Origin: Camelus ferus
Taxonomy: Eukaryota
Direction: 5' to 3'
NCBI RefSeq assembly: GCF_009834535.1
Contig: NC_045697.1
Span: 106,208,001-106,272,000, forward strand
Length of the DNA stretch: 64,000 nucleotides
Shown here: positions 12,906-25,279 of the stretch, piece by piece
Position numbering within the stretch: the first letter of the stretch is position 1
Layout: each line of letters opens with the position of its first letter
Program-made: the position numbers and the translations under genes
The notes under the pieces: generated by a model
Told to the model about the DNA's origin: nothing
Databases searched by the model: none
The model's input: only the letters and a program-made list of their open reading frames with translations

Positions 12906-14064
12906 GGCTGAAAACTGATTGTTTTAGAGTGGAGACGCACGTGCAAAGCCTCCAAGGCTCATTCAAATAACAAGAAGAAGGGCACTGTGACTGGAAGCTA
13001 GTGAACAAGAGTTTCAGCAGTCTTTGACAGGAGGTGGGCAGTGGTCCTAGTGGTGTAGGACTTGTCTTTCTTGCCTGGGTAACTGGCAGGTGCAAGACGG
13101 AACTCACCTGAGATGATGCAGACTGTCGCAGACACCTATGTTCTGACAGTCTGGATCTATCCCCTGTCCTGCAGCAAGAGTTGGTGGACCTCTATATAGC
13201 AAAGAGCTGCAGGGCATTCTGATACATGGGGTAGAGACTGCAGCCTAGGTACCAAGTCACAAGACTGTCATGATATAGATTTATCCCAGAGGGACAGTCT
13301 TCCCATTAAGTCACCAAACAGAGGTCTGGCTCAATAAGGCTTAGAAGAAACATGGCATGGTTTGTCCCTTCTAGGGTTCTGCAGCTTTGGACCACCAGCA
13401 GACACACTCACGAGCAGTTTCATGGACAGCACAGCAGCAGGGAATAGCACAATGGCCTTGAGCCTTCCTCAAGGGATCTGAGGACAAAAGGAATGCACAA
13501 GTGCTCTTGTGTATTAGAATCCATCAGAGTCCTTCAAGGATCTTCCAGGAATGCATGGGGTGAGATTTCCTAATAGGTATAGAATTCCTTGCAATTAGCT
13601 CAGGTTATCATTAGGTGAAATTTGGGTGTTAGCATTAATGTGATTTCATTTGTACCTACAGGTTGAGGATATCTGGAATATATACACTTGTTATTTTTCC
13701 AAGTAAAATGCAATCTTGTAGACTGCACACTCTGTCTCCTAAAATCCTAATAAAACCACCATTTAATAAATATCAATCAATGATGGGAAAGGTGAGTCTT
13801 AGTTTAAACAGATTCAAAGGAAGCAAGAGTTACAGCTCTTAGAGGTAAAGAATCATTTCATTTCTCTCTGCTTCAAAATATGGACAAATGTTGCTGGAGA
13901 GAAAATATCAAAGCAGGAATAGAAAACTTTTTAGAGTTTAATAGGAGTACTTCATATTTGAGTCACTTAATGCCAATGACTGATCATATTGACAATATTA
14001 GCTTAAGTATTAAATATAAATTCAATAAGATACACTATGTATTTTTCAAAAGTATTCATCCCAA

Positions 14065-14380
14065 AAAGCATGGTGTACAGAGGGAAAAACACTGTTTCAG
14101 GAGTAGGTGTCATAGGTCCCAATTCTGCCATGTGACCTAGGTTATGATATTTTGGGTATGTCACTTAAATTTTAAAATAATGATGATCATAATTATAAAC
14201 CTCTATCATTTAGAGGTATTTACTGTTCTAAGAGCTTGACATCTATCCATGCATTTGATCTAAGAGCAACTCTAAGAGAAAGGCACTCATTATTTCCATT
14301 AAGAGGAACATAGAGTAACATTCACAGGTCACACCAATTTTAAGTAGCAGAGCCAGGTTAAGAATCCAGGGAGTCCCCTC
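14065..14380. mobile_element. Two MIR fragments (plus about 14065-14170, minus about 14190-14380)
   Basis: 'gcatggtgtacagagggaaaaacactg…tctgccatgtgacct' and 'aggtcacaccaatttaagtagcagagccagg…aatccagg'. Confidence 0.6.
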
Positions 14381-17300
14381 TTCTTTTTCTTCCTTCCCTT
14401 TCCTGAACAAGGCAGTCCTAAAGTCACTAGAGGAGACTCAGCAAGGTGGGCACCCACACCGGGCAGGGGGGTGCATATTCCTCTGGCCTCACACAGGGTG
14501 ATGGAGTGAAGATCTGGGCAGAAGAAGGAGGGTATTCCTGCAGAGGGACAGCCTGGCACAATGAACCAGACCCCCAAGTGAGGTGAGGAAGACAGCCATG
14601 TGCAAAGAGCCCAAGATGAGGTCCAAGAGAGTGCGCCAAAGCTTGACAACGAATAGTGTGTTGCATGCCTAGACCTTTTGGAATAACGATTGCCACAGAG
14701 GAAACAAGATGATACCCAGAAAAATAAAGTATTCAGAAACATTAGGTAATGTACAAAGGACAAAGAGCAACAAACAGATCTTCAATTAAAGGCCACTGTC
14801 AGATATTAAAGGATGGTCTTTATGTGACTACTGACATGTAAAAGTCTTCTTTTCAAAGAGCATAAGCATTGTTAATATGCCATTAGTAGACCCGCTCCTA
14901 ATCACTGTGGTTTAAAAACAGTGTTTTTAAAAGATAATTAGATATATAGATAGGTAGATAGATAGACAGGTATAAATATATTTTTATAGTTTTTTTTCTT
15001 GATAGTTAATTCTTTTAACATATAAAACTCTTTGTATAAGTTTATTGGTATTGCTATACTATTAGGTATTTCAATGCCTGTACCAGCATGTAAAAAAAAA
15101 TATATGGTTACCATGCACTATTTATTTACTCAAAAAAGGCACTCACAAATAAATGTATTAATTTGCCTTACAATTGTTTACCAGTAATCCAGCACCATGA
15201 AGCATATCCTGGTTGTAAAACAGGCATAAAAACCAGTTATGCTAAAATGAGCAAACTAATTCCAAGATGATAAAAATGCTCCCTAAGAAAATACCATTCA
15301 CTTTTCAAAAATATATTTGGGATGTCCTAGGAATTGGAAACAATCAAATTTTGAAAACTTCTAAATTCATTTTCATATCACTTTCATTTCAGGTCCAGAA
15401 CATAAATACATTATGAAAAGCTGTTAATAGAATCTTTCCAGATACATCATTGCCATGATTACAGACTTCACGCTGCTGTTTTTGAGGTTGTCCCTCAACA
15501 CACAGATTCCAGATTGCATTAAGAAGTGTAAAGAGAAAAGCGATAATTCTCTTCTTTGTTACTGAAAAGAAGCAAATATGACCCCAAAGGACTCCACTTT
15601 ATACTTTAATTTGCAGTGTTTTATGAACTAAGCAAATTCTAGGAAAAAAAAAAATTGAGGAGGCAGAGTAGGTAGACTAATTCCCAAGAAGAAAAAAGGT
15701 AATAGTGACACTTATCTCAGAAGGTAACACCATCTGATCATGAATCTGAAAACACGGGTAGTCTTTTCTATTGTACAGTAAGAAGGTGGATCTTTTGATG
15801 GCATGAATGGCTATGTAAAAAGCAGAGCATTGATTTAAAATATTTTTACTAAAACTGTAGATCATAATGAATGGCTCAGGATCTCATCCAGCTAAAAGAC
15901 TTCAATGATCTAGCCCTTTCCAAATACTTTTGGAATGGAGATCTAATTGGATGTTCTATTTAGAGTCTGTGCTATTGAAAAAGGCTTTTATCAACATCAA
16001 ATGGGCATAGTAACATAATTCAACAAGCAAGCAAGCAAGTAATGGAATGGAATTAAACAAAGGAAAACATACACCCACAAAGGTGAACTTAGCATTGGAG
16101 GGCTTCAACTGCATTATTTTTAAAATTCTGAATAAAACACAAAATGTCCAACATAGTCTTCCCAGCAAGTACATTATTTGTTGGAAGCCAGAATGCTGCT
16201 TCAGTGCATTCTGATTCCTTATTTTGTTACATAATAATATGCTTAAAAAGCAACACATTGTGAGCTTGGGAGCTGTTAGGCATTTATTTACCATGGTGGG
16301 TTAATCTCATTCAGTGAGGTATAGAAACTCAATAATGAGTGCTACAGTATATAAGCTAATTGCTAGGATAAAACCAAATGAATAATTACTTAACTCCAGA
16401 ATGAGGCCTGAGGGAATTTTTCTTTAATAAAGGTTTAATTCACCAGTGATAATGAATGCAATCTCATATACTACTGAATAACACCATTAGCATAATGGCT
16501 GTGATACAAAAACTATAATTAGAACTAAACAGAAACGTTAATTACAACCACCAAGGTACTCAATGAAATACTGTTGTTTAAGAAATTGACCTGCTTTGCT
16601 GTCATGCTTTATGGGCTCAAGGATATCTCTGTAATTAAATATACATGTATATAAATATATATGCATATATATAAACAGAATAGGATTTCTTAATCAATCT
16701 ACTGGAATCCTCTTAAGTATAATAAATCTGTTAATGAGAAATTGTCTAGAATTTGAAATACAAGATAAACATAACAATGATTAAAACTTCTTTTTTTTAT
16801 CTTAGTTAAATGCAAACATCAATATTTGCGTTAAAAAACTACAATATTAGACTGTTTCCAATTTTGCATCTTACTGGTGTTAGCTCTATGAACACTAGAA
16901 AAGAAGTTACTAAAAATGAACAGATTAATAAAGTGTGAAATATTACTATAATAAGTTGGAAAAATAAGTTGCACAATCAATTAAAAAAAGTCAAAGTACT
17001 AAATTAATGGTTCTAAAAAGACTCAGCTATGATTCTTAAAATTCTTTTGAGTTTTGCTTCCCAGATACATAAATACTGCATACAATATTTAACTGCACAC
17101 TTAATAGATTTATATATCCAGATAGATATATGTAGATGAGCATTTTGAAGCCAAGTGTCACAGTCTGTTAAATATCAAAAATAATAACAATAACCATAAC
17201 AACCTTCTATTATACAGATGCTTTCAACTTAGAAATATAATCAGAAAGATATGAGATGCACTTCAAATATGTTTTATTGCCAACTCTAATGCTATTGAGT

Positions 17301-18322
17301 TTTCATAATAAAAGAATCTTTATTTTTAAGATAGAACTCAATAAAAAATAAAAACATCCTATGAACCAAATCAGTAAGACTGGCTTACTAATCAGTGTAT
17401 CCCTGGTTACTCTTTATCATTTACTTCAATATTCAGTTTTAATGGAATAAATATATTTCCAATCATTTTCTATCAATCCCTTCCCTCTATTATAATGCAT
17501 TTTCAATAGTCCAACACAATTTTTGAGGTCTTATATTTGTAGCCTCTCCAGTAATACACCTGGAAAGTGCCTCTCTTCCCACTAGCAGTCCTCCCATGAA
17601 AACTCCATTCTTTAATGAAAGATTACCTGGTAATAATGCATCCGACAGCTGTATTTATCCTTCATAGTACAATTTTCTGTGACCTGGATGATTGCTCACC
17701 ACAAGCAGATTGCTCACCATAGCATTCACCCTGACAATAGCCCATGAGGGAACAGGAGGGAGGAAGCATTAGCTTAGATGCATCCACCTCCATGTTGCTC
17801 TCATGTCCTCTTCCGCTAATAAACTGTGTGGGTAGAACTTGATTGCTTGCAAGTTTCTCTTTTGCCATCCACTACCTGGTGGAATGTGCCCAGACAATTA
17901 AACCTAAACGGCCAGCTTTGATTTCTGAATTTCAGACTCATGTTGGAGGCTCTAATAGGTGACTGACTATAACTCCCAAATAGGTCTTTGACCAAAATGA
18001 ACTTCTCTTATTTTAGGAAATGTCATCCTCTTACACAACTCTGGATAGATTATAGAATGTACGATGGCAAGGAAGGAAAAGACTGTGTACGACCTAGTAA
18101 ATTAGATGAGTAAAACCAATTCTGGTACCAATGGGATAAGTGGCCACTCTCATTACACAGACACTTACGTAACTGCCTGGTGGGCATCTACAACTCAATG
18201 ATCTACAAACTAGCCCCTGCTTAGAATTACTCTGCGCAAGTCGTCTTTCTTTTATATTCCCTACCTCAGTTAATGGTAACACTGTCAGCTCAACCACCCC
18301 AGCAGGAAATCAGAAAATGTTG

Positions 18323-18390
18323 TCTACATCCTTGTACTAACAAGGTTATCTACAACCTTGTACTAACAACCCTTAAAATACCTTAAAATT
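18323..18390. repeat. Short tandem duplications (26-bp period, then 10-bp period)
   Basis: tctacatccttgtactaacaa-ggtta-tctacaaccttgtactaacaa, then ccttaaaata-ccttaaaatt. Confidence 0.8.
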
Positions 18391-19789
18391 TTTTATTTTT
18401 CTTGTCATTCTCAGTAATTATCTTTTTTTTTTTCAGTGAGAAAGAGGGGGCATAGAAAATAATTTTCCTACAACAAAACTTGAATGATCTTTAATACTAC
18501 TTTGAATCAAAAAAAAAAAAAAAAAAACAACTCTTTTTAGACCCATTAAAAGCCAATACTAGAATTTCTAAAATAATGCTTTAACCTGGACAGCATAATG
18601 TTACCATTTTTAGAAAAGGTATTGCCAACTGATGATCATAAATGTGGACTGAATATTATTAGTCTATCCAAACAGGTTTAGAATTGCCTGTTATCACCTA
18701 TTAACTCCCTAAAACATACATGTTGAAATTGCCTCTAACTAGATGGTTAGAGAAAGATCTTATGTTTCAGGCCTTAAGCAACTCTTTTTCTACAGGAAGA
18801 AAAGGAGGGGGTTCCTAATGGTTCCCAGCAATCAGTACTTTTACCCTTGGGTGAGCTCTGCAGTTAAAGAGTGTGTGCATAGTCTGAGAAAAATTCACCT
18901 TGCTATGGACCTTGAACCATTCTGCAAACACACAGAAAAATAAATTAAGTTAATTCAAGTGCTGTTGCTGCTGCTAACACTGTCCTTCACTAAGGAGAAA
19001 AAAAAAAATAGGTGGGTGCAGGTAGTGGGGAGAACTAAGGAGAAAGAAATTTGGAAATGGCACAAAAATCTACATTCTGCCTAGTGCTGGCCGGAATATA
19101 AATTTCTGAAAAGGAGAATCATAATCAAACACAAACTATCTATTCTGTTGCATAAAAATTAGCAACTGTGGTTCAGGCATGTGGGTCTACCCAGATACAA
19201 TGCTTTTCTTCTTTTTTTATTTTTTGCATTTTCTACTTCATAATATCTAAAAACTCCTGTCCAAACAAGCCGTATACTACACCCACAAAAAGACTGAGCC
19301 TCCTTTGTTTAATTAACTCAGGCCCAGCAGTCATTTTTAATAGCTTACATTTTGGTTGAGTTACAGTATGCACACTGCTGAGACATAAATGCAAAGTAAT
19401 CACTCTAATAAGTAGATACAAACATTTACAGCAATTGCAACAAGTCTCTGCAACAAATAAGGGGATATAAAGACAAATAACCAGCAGCAAGCCAGGAAAA
19501 CAGTCTCAATACAATCGCATGGCTGTGAATGTCATTCAAAGCTCTGATCTTCTGTTGCCTTTAGTAATTTCAATACCCTAAAGTCACTAATGAGCTTGTA
19601 CTTTCAATGCCAAAAAAATGAGAACCATGATTAAGAAACAAACACAAAAACTAAGACTTCAATTTTCATGTTTGTGTCAAAGACACCAGCAGAGAACTCC
19701 AGGCACTTGGGTGACTGCATCATTTCTAAACAGAAAGAAATGATAATGCCTCAGTCCAGAACCAAACAGGGCAAGCCTTCAGCACTCCA

Positions 19790-20280
19790 CCCACAAAGAA
19801 CAATATGCCTCAAGGTTGGGAAAAAGCCGGACAGGTATGGAGAGCAGAGAGAATGCCATACGACCAAGATGAGGTTGGAAAAGCAGGCTGTGATCAGGCT
19901 GTGGCGAGCTTGGCAGGTCAGGGTAAGGGGAATAGACTGTTATTCTAAGTACAGTGAAGACTTGAAAGGGTTTTTAAGCAAGGTGGCACCATGATTTGAC
20001 TTACGTGTCTTAAAGGTCATTGGTTGGTCTTTAGAGAATAGATTGTATAGGGCCAAGAATAAAACCAAAGAAACCATCTATAGGCTATTGTAGTGGCTGT
20101 TCGTTATTCAGGGGTCAGACTACAGATGGAGGCAGAAGGACCAGACAGATCAAGGACAGGTATTAGAGGAGAAAGGAGAAGGAAGAGATAAAGAATGAGT
20201 CCCCAGGTTGGGACTTCAGCACAGGGGAGAAAGATGATGCCCATCACAGAGACAGAGAACACAGGGAAAGGGGAAAACTT
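19790..20280 (-). mobile_element. L2 fragment
   Basis: 'gatgaggttggaaaagcaggc…ttattctaagtacagtgaagacttgaaagggtttttaagcaagg…catgatttgactt'. Confidence 0.7.
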
Positions 20281-20419
20281 CTGCAGGATTTAAGTCCACA
20301 GCTTTCATGTTTCTGATCTGCATCAAGCAGTGTCTACAATACACCATGAATACTGTCATTGCCATTGCCTTTTAATAGCTTATAACCTACTATGACACAG
20401 AGAGACAAATGTATAAGTA

Positions 20420-20630
20420 ATCACTAGAAAGGAATAGCTAACACATAAAATGTGAGCTCAGCACTAGTCTAAGAGCTTTCCTTGTTTAAATCTCCCACAA
20501 ACTCATGTTACTGGTGGGAAGACTGGGGTTCAGAGCAGTAAGGTGACAACCCAGCTGATATACATTAGAGCTAGGATTTAAAACTGAATCGATCTGCCTC
20601 CAAAGTGTATGCCTTTAACTTTTATGCCAA
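20420..20630 (-). mobile_element. MIR SINE
   Basis: 'gactggggttcagagcagtaaggtgac…agagctaggatttaaaactgaatcgatctgcctccaaagtgtatgcctttaac'. Confidence 0.7.
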
Positions 20631-20635
20631 CAACT

Positions 20636-20815
20636 TTTTTGAACTCTATCAAACATTAAAAGAAGAATTAATAGCAATCATTCTCAAGCTCTTCCAAAAG
20701 TCTGAAGAGGAAGAAACACTTTCAAGTTCATTTTATGGGGCCAGCATTACCCTGATACAAAAGCCAGGCAAGGACACTACAAGAAAAAGAAATTACAGGG
20801 CAATATCCCTGGTGA
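20636..20815 (+). mobile_element. Isolated internal L1 ORF2 fragment (region leading into the RT domain)
   Basis: Translates without stops as ELYQTLKEELIAIILKLFQKSEEEETLSSSFYGASITLIQKPGKDTTRKRNYRAISL, the canonical L1 ORF2 'SITLIPKPGKD…NYRPISL' motif. Confidence 0.9.
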
Positions 20816-21060
20816 TCATTCACTCCTTTATTCATCAAATGTTTATCAAGCTCCAAAGCCTACTAAGACCTCCTATAGTGCCCAAAATATAATGGCAAAT
20901 AAGATATTTGCTCCCAAAATGCTCACTGTCTAGTAGAAGAAATGGAAACAAACATTGCAATAAAAATCCTTTAAGTAATACTGGGGAGCCAAAGAAAGGA
21001 AACAAGTTCTGCAAGTTCTGAAGGGGTGGAGTGAGAAGTGTTCAGAAAGCCTTGGTAGAG
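20816..21060 (-). mobile_element. L2 3' fragment
   Basis: 'cattcactcctttattcatcaaatgtttatcaagctcc…gctcactgtctagtagaaga'. Confidence 0.65.
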
Positions 21061-21719
21061 TCTTTCCCCTTTGTCTCCTTTTTTTTTTTTTTTTTTGGTT
21101 AGAATAACTAAAAATTTTAAGTTAGAAAGAACTATGACATTATCCTAGTAAGCTGTAAAAAGAGGGGCAAGAAAGTATATCCCATTCTCCAGTCAGTCTT
21201 TCAGAGAATGAAATGCCAAGTGATAAAACTGTAAGTGATGGCAGCTTCTACCTTCTAAACTGGGTCCTGAGCTTCCTGGGAGGAGGAACTGGAGGAACTC
21301 AGAGGGGGCCTGGGCTTGAAAGGCTTCTCAGGATGGACAAGAGAAAAGCCATAAGGCTTTTTGGCACAGGTTATCTTTGGCAAAATGAATCCTCCATTTC
21401 CACCCCAGAAGGCCAGATATTATGAGAGACATGTCATATTTTCCTGAAACGTTACTAGAGGGAAAAATAATGTTGAAGTTTTATTTCCCTTTTGAAAAGA
21501 ATACAACTACCAAAAAGTCCTATATATCACTATCAATTGCAAGTTTGTTTGTATACTCTGATTTGCAATTTCTCTCAATTTTTTTTTCTTTTTGGTTCAC
21601 AAATCTACTTGTTATTCCCACATGGTATTGAATGGTTTTTTATTCTACTATTACCAAATTGTGATTAATGATCTAAAGTTGAATATCATAGGTGCAATAA
21701 AATACCACATTTTTAAACA

Positions 21720-22810
21720 CAATCCCTGACATACCCTTGAGTTACTTCCTAAAAGAAGTTAGAACTGGCCCATATCCCATCTTCCCTCAAGGCCCACCCT
21801 GTTTAAACAGAACACTATTGGAGCAGAAGACTAGGAATGTAAAGTAGAGTATGTGGAGCAAAGAACCAGCGCTCTAGAGGAATTGGTTTGTCCTCTCCTC
21901 CCTCCATAAGGGAAGAAATAGGCTCTTACCTGCCAAAGCCAAGTGATGACCCATAAAAAGACAGGTTGCAAGAAAGACAGACCAACATTCTATCTCTGTT
22001 CATGCAGCACATTTTCTCTGTGACTACTGGACCAAAGGGAAAGGAATTGGGGAACTAGCAGAAGAAGCAGGGGTCAGAGTTGGGAGCTGCCACCACTTCC
22101 ATTATTTGGTGTGGCAAGGGTTTCATGTTCTGGCAGATCACCTTTACCACGGAAGGTAGCCAGGCAATGGGCTGCTTGCAATTATTTTAACCTAGAGGGC
22201 AGCCTCCTGAGCAAGGTGGTCCCAGCAACCAGGGGCTCTGAACTGTACAGTGGAGCAGGGCAGAAACTAAGAGGAGGCCATGCTGGAATCATCTCCTCTA
22301 TCAGGAAACTCGACTAGGGATGGTCTCACAGGGTGCTGTGAAGGGTACACACAACTCATGAGAGAACAAGTGACTAGAAGACAGTTAAGTAACAAAAAAA
22401 ATCTTCATGCCTTTTCTTTAGTCCTCCCACCACCAGTTCTCTCCCTCTCTGCTCCCTGCTCCAACTCTGATGGCTTTAGAAGAGAAGAGAAAGAGAAGAG
22501 GGCCCAGCTGAGAGGATGAAGGAAGGCACAGGTCATGCTCCCTTCCCACCCATGTTTCCAGCCAACACCTGTCCAGGCTGGGTTGGAAAGGGGTGGGATA
22601 CATGGAAGAAACAAAACTGAATTTTTGCACTGGGATAGATGGTATTGGAATTTTTTTTTTATATGTGAAAGAACAAGAAAACTATGGCTCTGCCTGAGAA
22701 ATTGTTAAAGACAGAAAAGGAGCATGTTTGAAGGTGGTGAATGAAGAAAGAAACAAAAATAAATGTTCCCCACAAAGTGCAATCTGTTCAATAGCTGGGA
22801 TTTACCAGCA
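21720..22810 (+). mobile_element. Ancient LTR-like element, probably Gypsy class (MamGypLTR/LTR85-like)
   Basis: Purine-rich LTR-like composition. The 3' part ('ggtattggaattttt…aactatggctctgcctgagaaattg…aataaatg') resembles recalled mammalian Gypsy LTRs and the 29250-29600 segment. Confidence 0.4.
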
Positions 22811-24519
22811 GAGTTAGGTATTTAGAGAACAGCTTTTACAAGTGGTATCTAGCCAGAAATAGCTTGACACTTTATTTATCCCTTTCAAATGAGTGGAGAA
22901 AAACATATATTCAACTCTCTCAAAGTCCCTAAAACTCAAACACAATTCTGGCTCCTGAGAAATAGAACAGGGGAAGGGAGGATGCTATACAGAGAATGGG
23001 AAATGTTAGGTGAAAGTACTCATCTATCATATATTACTCTGTAAATTAAAATATACATGTGCATATACCTGCGACTTTTTCTAGAAATAACATAGTACAA
23101 TCTCCAGTGTTGTTTGATTTTTCTCAAGGAAACAGTATTTTTTCATCAAAATATTAGGAAAAAATAATTTGCCTTAGTAAAGAAGAATGCAAACACAGTA
23201 ACTCTAATTTGGAAAGATACTAAACCTATATTTATTGGCTAATCAAATATATTGTAAAACCAGAAAGACACAGCAATACTTAAAATCTAGCTGATTACTC
23301 TTTGGAGGCAGATGACTAACAGCTTACCTCAGCAAAGCAAAAATTGCTACCTGAGTTTTTGGTTTTTGTTTTTTTTTTATAGAAATAGTCCTTATTTATT
23401 ATCTAAGTAACAGCTGTATACCCTGCAGGCAAGAAATAAAAGCTCTTAAAGGCATGATTTTTAAAAATCCAACTTCATGTCACAGTAATGTGATACTAAT
23501 TAAAGTGGTAGCTTGGAAATAAATTCAAGATGTCTACTCCATCATCCACGATACTGAAGAAAGGAAATGTAGGTTGACCAAAACATTGGATAGAGAGTCA
23601 ATAGAATTTACTTCAGAATGTAATTTTTGTTTGCATATTTGAACCAGGGGAATAAAAAAGTGTTTCAGAAATCACCCTAAGACTATGTAAGTTCTTCTGT
23701 CTAAAACTTCCTTGCTCAACAACTTCCTGAAACTCACTCCATCCTGAGAACATGGTGCTCTCTTTTCAGCTGACCTAAGGTAACAGCCTCAATGCAGCAG
23801 ACCTTCCAAACCCTCTCTGGGAAAAAGCAGTTTAAATGAACAACCAATTAATAAACTCCTATTTTGTCCAAATCCAATTGTACAAATACAAGCCGGTTAA
23901 GAAATTTTGTTTCAATGACCTTTCTTTCAGTTTGAAAGGTAAAGAATCCTAGATAACAATAAAGAATGATTAAATGAGAACAGTCTCAACTATCAATAAA
24001 GGGAGATATCCCTCCAGAGGAAACACTTTTCATTTTGCCCTTGTAGAGGTCTGCATGATTATTTATGACTTAAGCCAGCAAAGTGCCACATGCAGGTTTA
24101 AGTTAGTATCTTTTAGATAATATAAACCCTCTCTCTATATTCATCTAGGAAGGAATGAAAATAATCTTCTGTTAGATGTAGTGAATTGAAGCTTAGGATA
24201 ACTGAGAAGGCATTAAAAGAACATTTAAGTATATAAAAAGAGTTAAAATATTCAGATCCAATGACGAATCAGAAATGGCTAAAAGCATCATCAGATATGA
24301 ACACATACTCTCTTGAATTAACTTTCAGAAGCCATACAAACTTGAAAAGGCACCAAAAGACTAAGATAGGCAAAAGGTGTCTTCTCTCTTTTATTTTAAG
24401 GATAGATTCCAGAAACCATAGAAACATTGACATTAATCTCAAGATAAAATTATGAGACAGGTTTTTGAGCAGATGGCTTGTATATATTTAGGGGGAAAAG
24501 GTTGGAAATCAAAGAAGTC

Positions 24520-24815
24520 TAACTAGGGTCAGTAAGAAAATTCAAATCAAATCAATTTTGTTTGATACTATTTCTCTATTAGAAGAGTAGAAGAATGTCT
24601 CAGACATTCATGGACCTGATTTCATTAAAATATTCAACAAAATCACATGATAGGATGGAACATGATGTAGAAAGGTACAGAACAATGAAATAACAACCCA
24701 TATGGCCACTCTGTTCTATGCCACTGGGTTCGTTCCATTAGCAGTTTTGTTTCTCAGTGACTTGAAAGAAGACATGGAGTCATGGTTATCCACTTTTAGA
24801 AGACAAAAATCTACT
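24520..24815 (+). mobile_element. L3/CR1 RT-region fragment
   Basis: CR1-like 'gacctgatttcattaaaatattcaacaaaatc…tctcagtgacttgaaagaagacatggagtcatggttatccacttttagaagac'. Confidence 0.55.
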
Positions 24816-24849
24816 TAGATTTATTTAGCATAAGATACTTGAAGTTCAT

Positions 24850-25192
24850 TACTTTCATACTTTGGGCTTCTGCACTGGTTATTACTTGTGTTGGCAATGA
24901 CTTTCCCCTGCCCTCCCTGGATTGGCCAACAGAAAAGCCTCTACATTTCCATCAAATCTCAGTTTTACTTAACAATGATATCCTCTAGCATGCCTTCCAC
25001 AAGGAGCTGCTGAAATATTTTTCCCATTACCTGAGTGATTGAACTAATCACACAGCATTGTAAACTAGTTGTTTACTTGCTGTTCAGACATCCAGACTGC
25101 GACTATCTTGAAGAAAGGATATTTGTATTTAAATTCATGTCAATATCCTGGGCATTGGAAACACAAAAAATATTCAGTGTTTGATGAATAAA
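24850..25192 (+). mobile_element. L2 3' fragment
   Basis: 'ccagactgcgactatcttgaag…attcagtgtttgatgaataaa'. Confidence 0.6.
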
Positions 25193-25279
25193 ACCAATCT
25201 GCATGATTCTAGAAGTTAATCAGAATGGTAAGAAACTCTTATCAGAAATTGCAAAAGAAACTGCAACTATCTAGATATT

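Noticed and set aside
14329..14763. 144-aa and 89-aa minus-strand ORFs
   Set aside because: No recognisable protein family or exon boundaries; partly overlaps a MIR, and ORFs are longer by chance in this locally GC-richer DNA.
15956..16294. 112-aa minus-strand ORF
   Set aside because: C/L/F-rich composition typical of non-coding AT-rich DNA; no recognisable domain or convincing splice pair.
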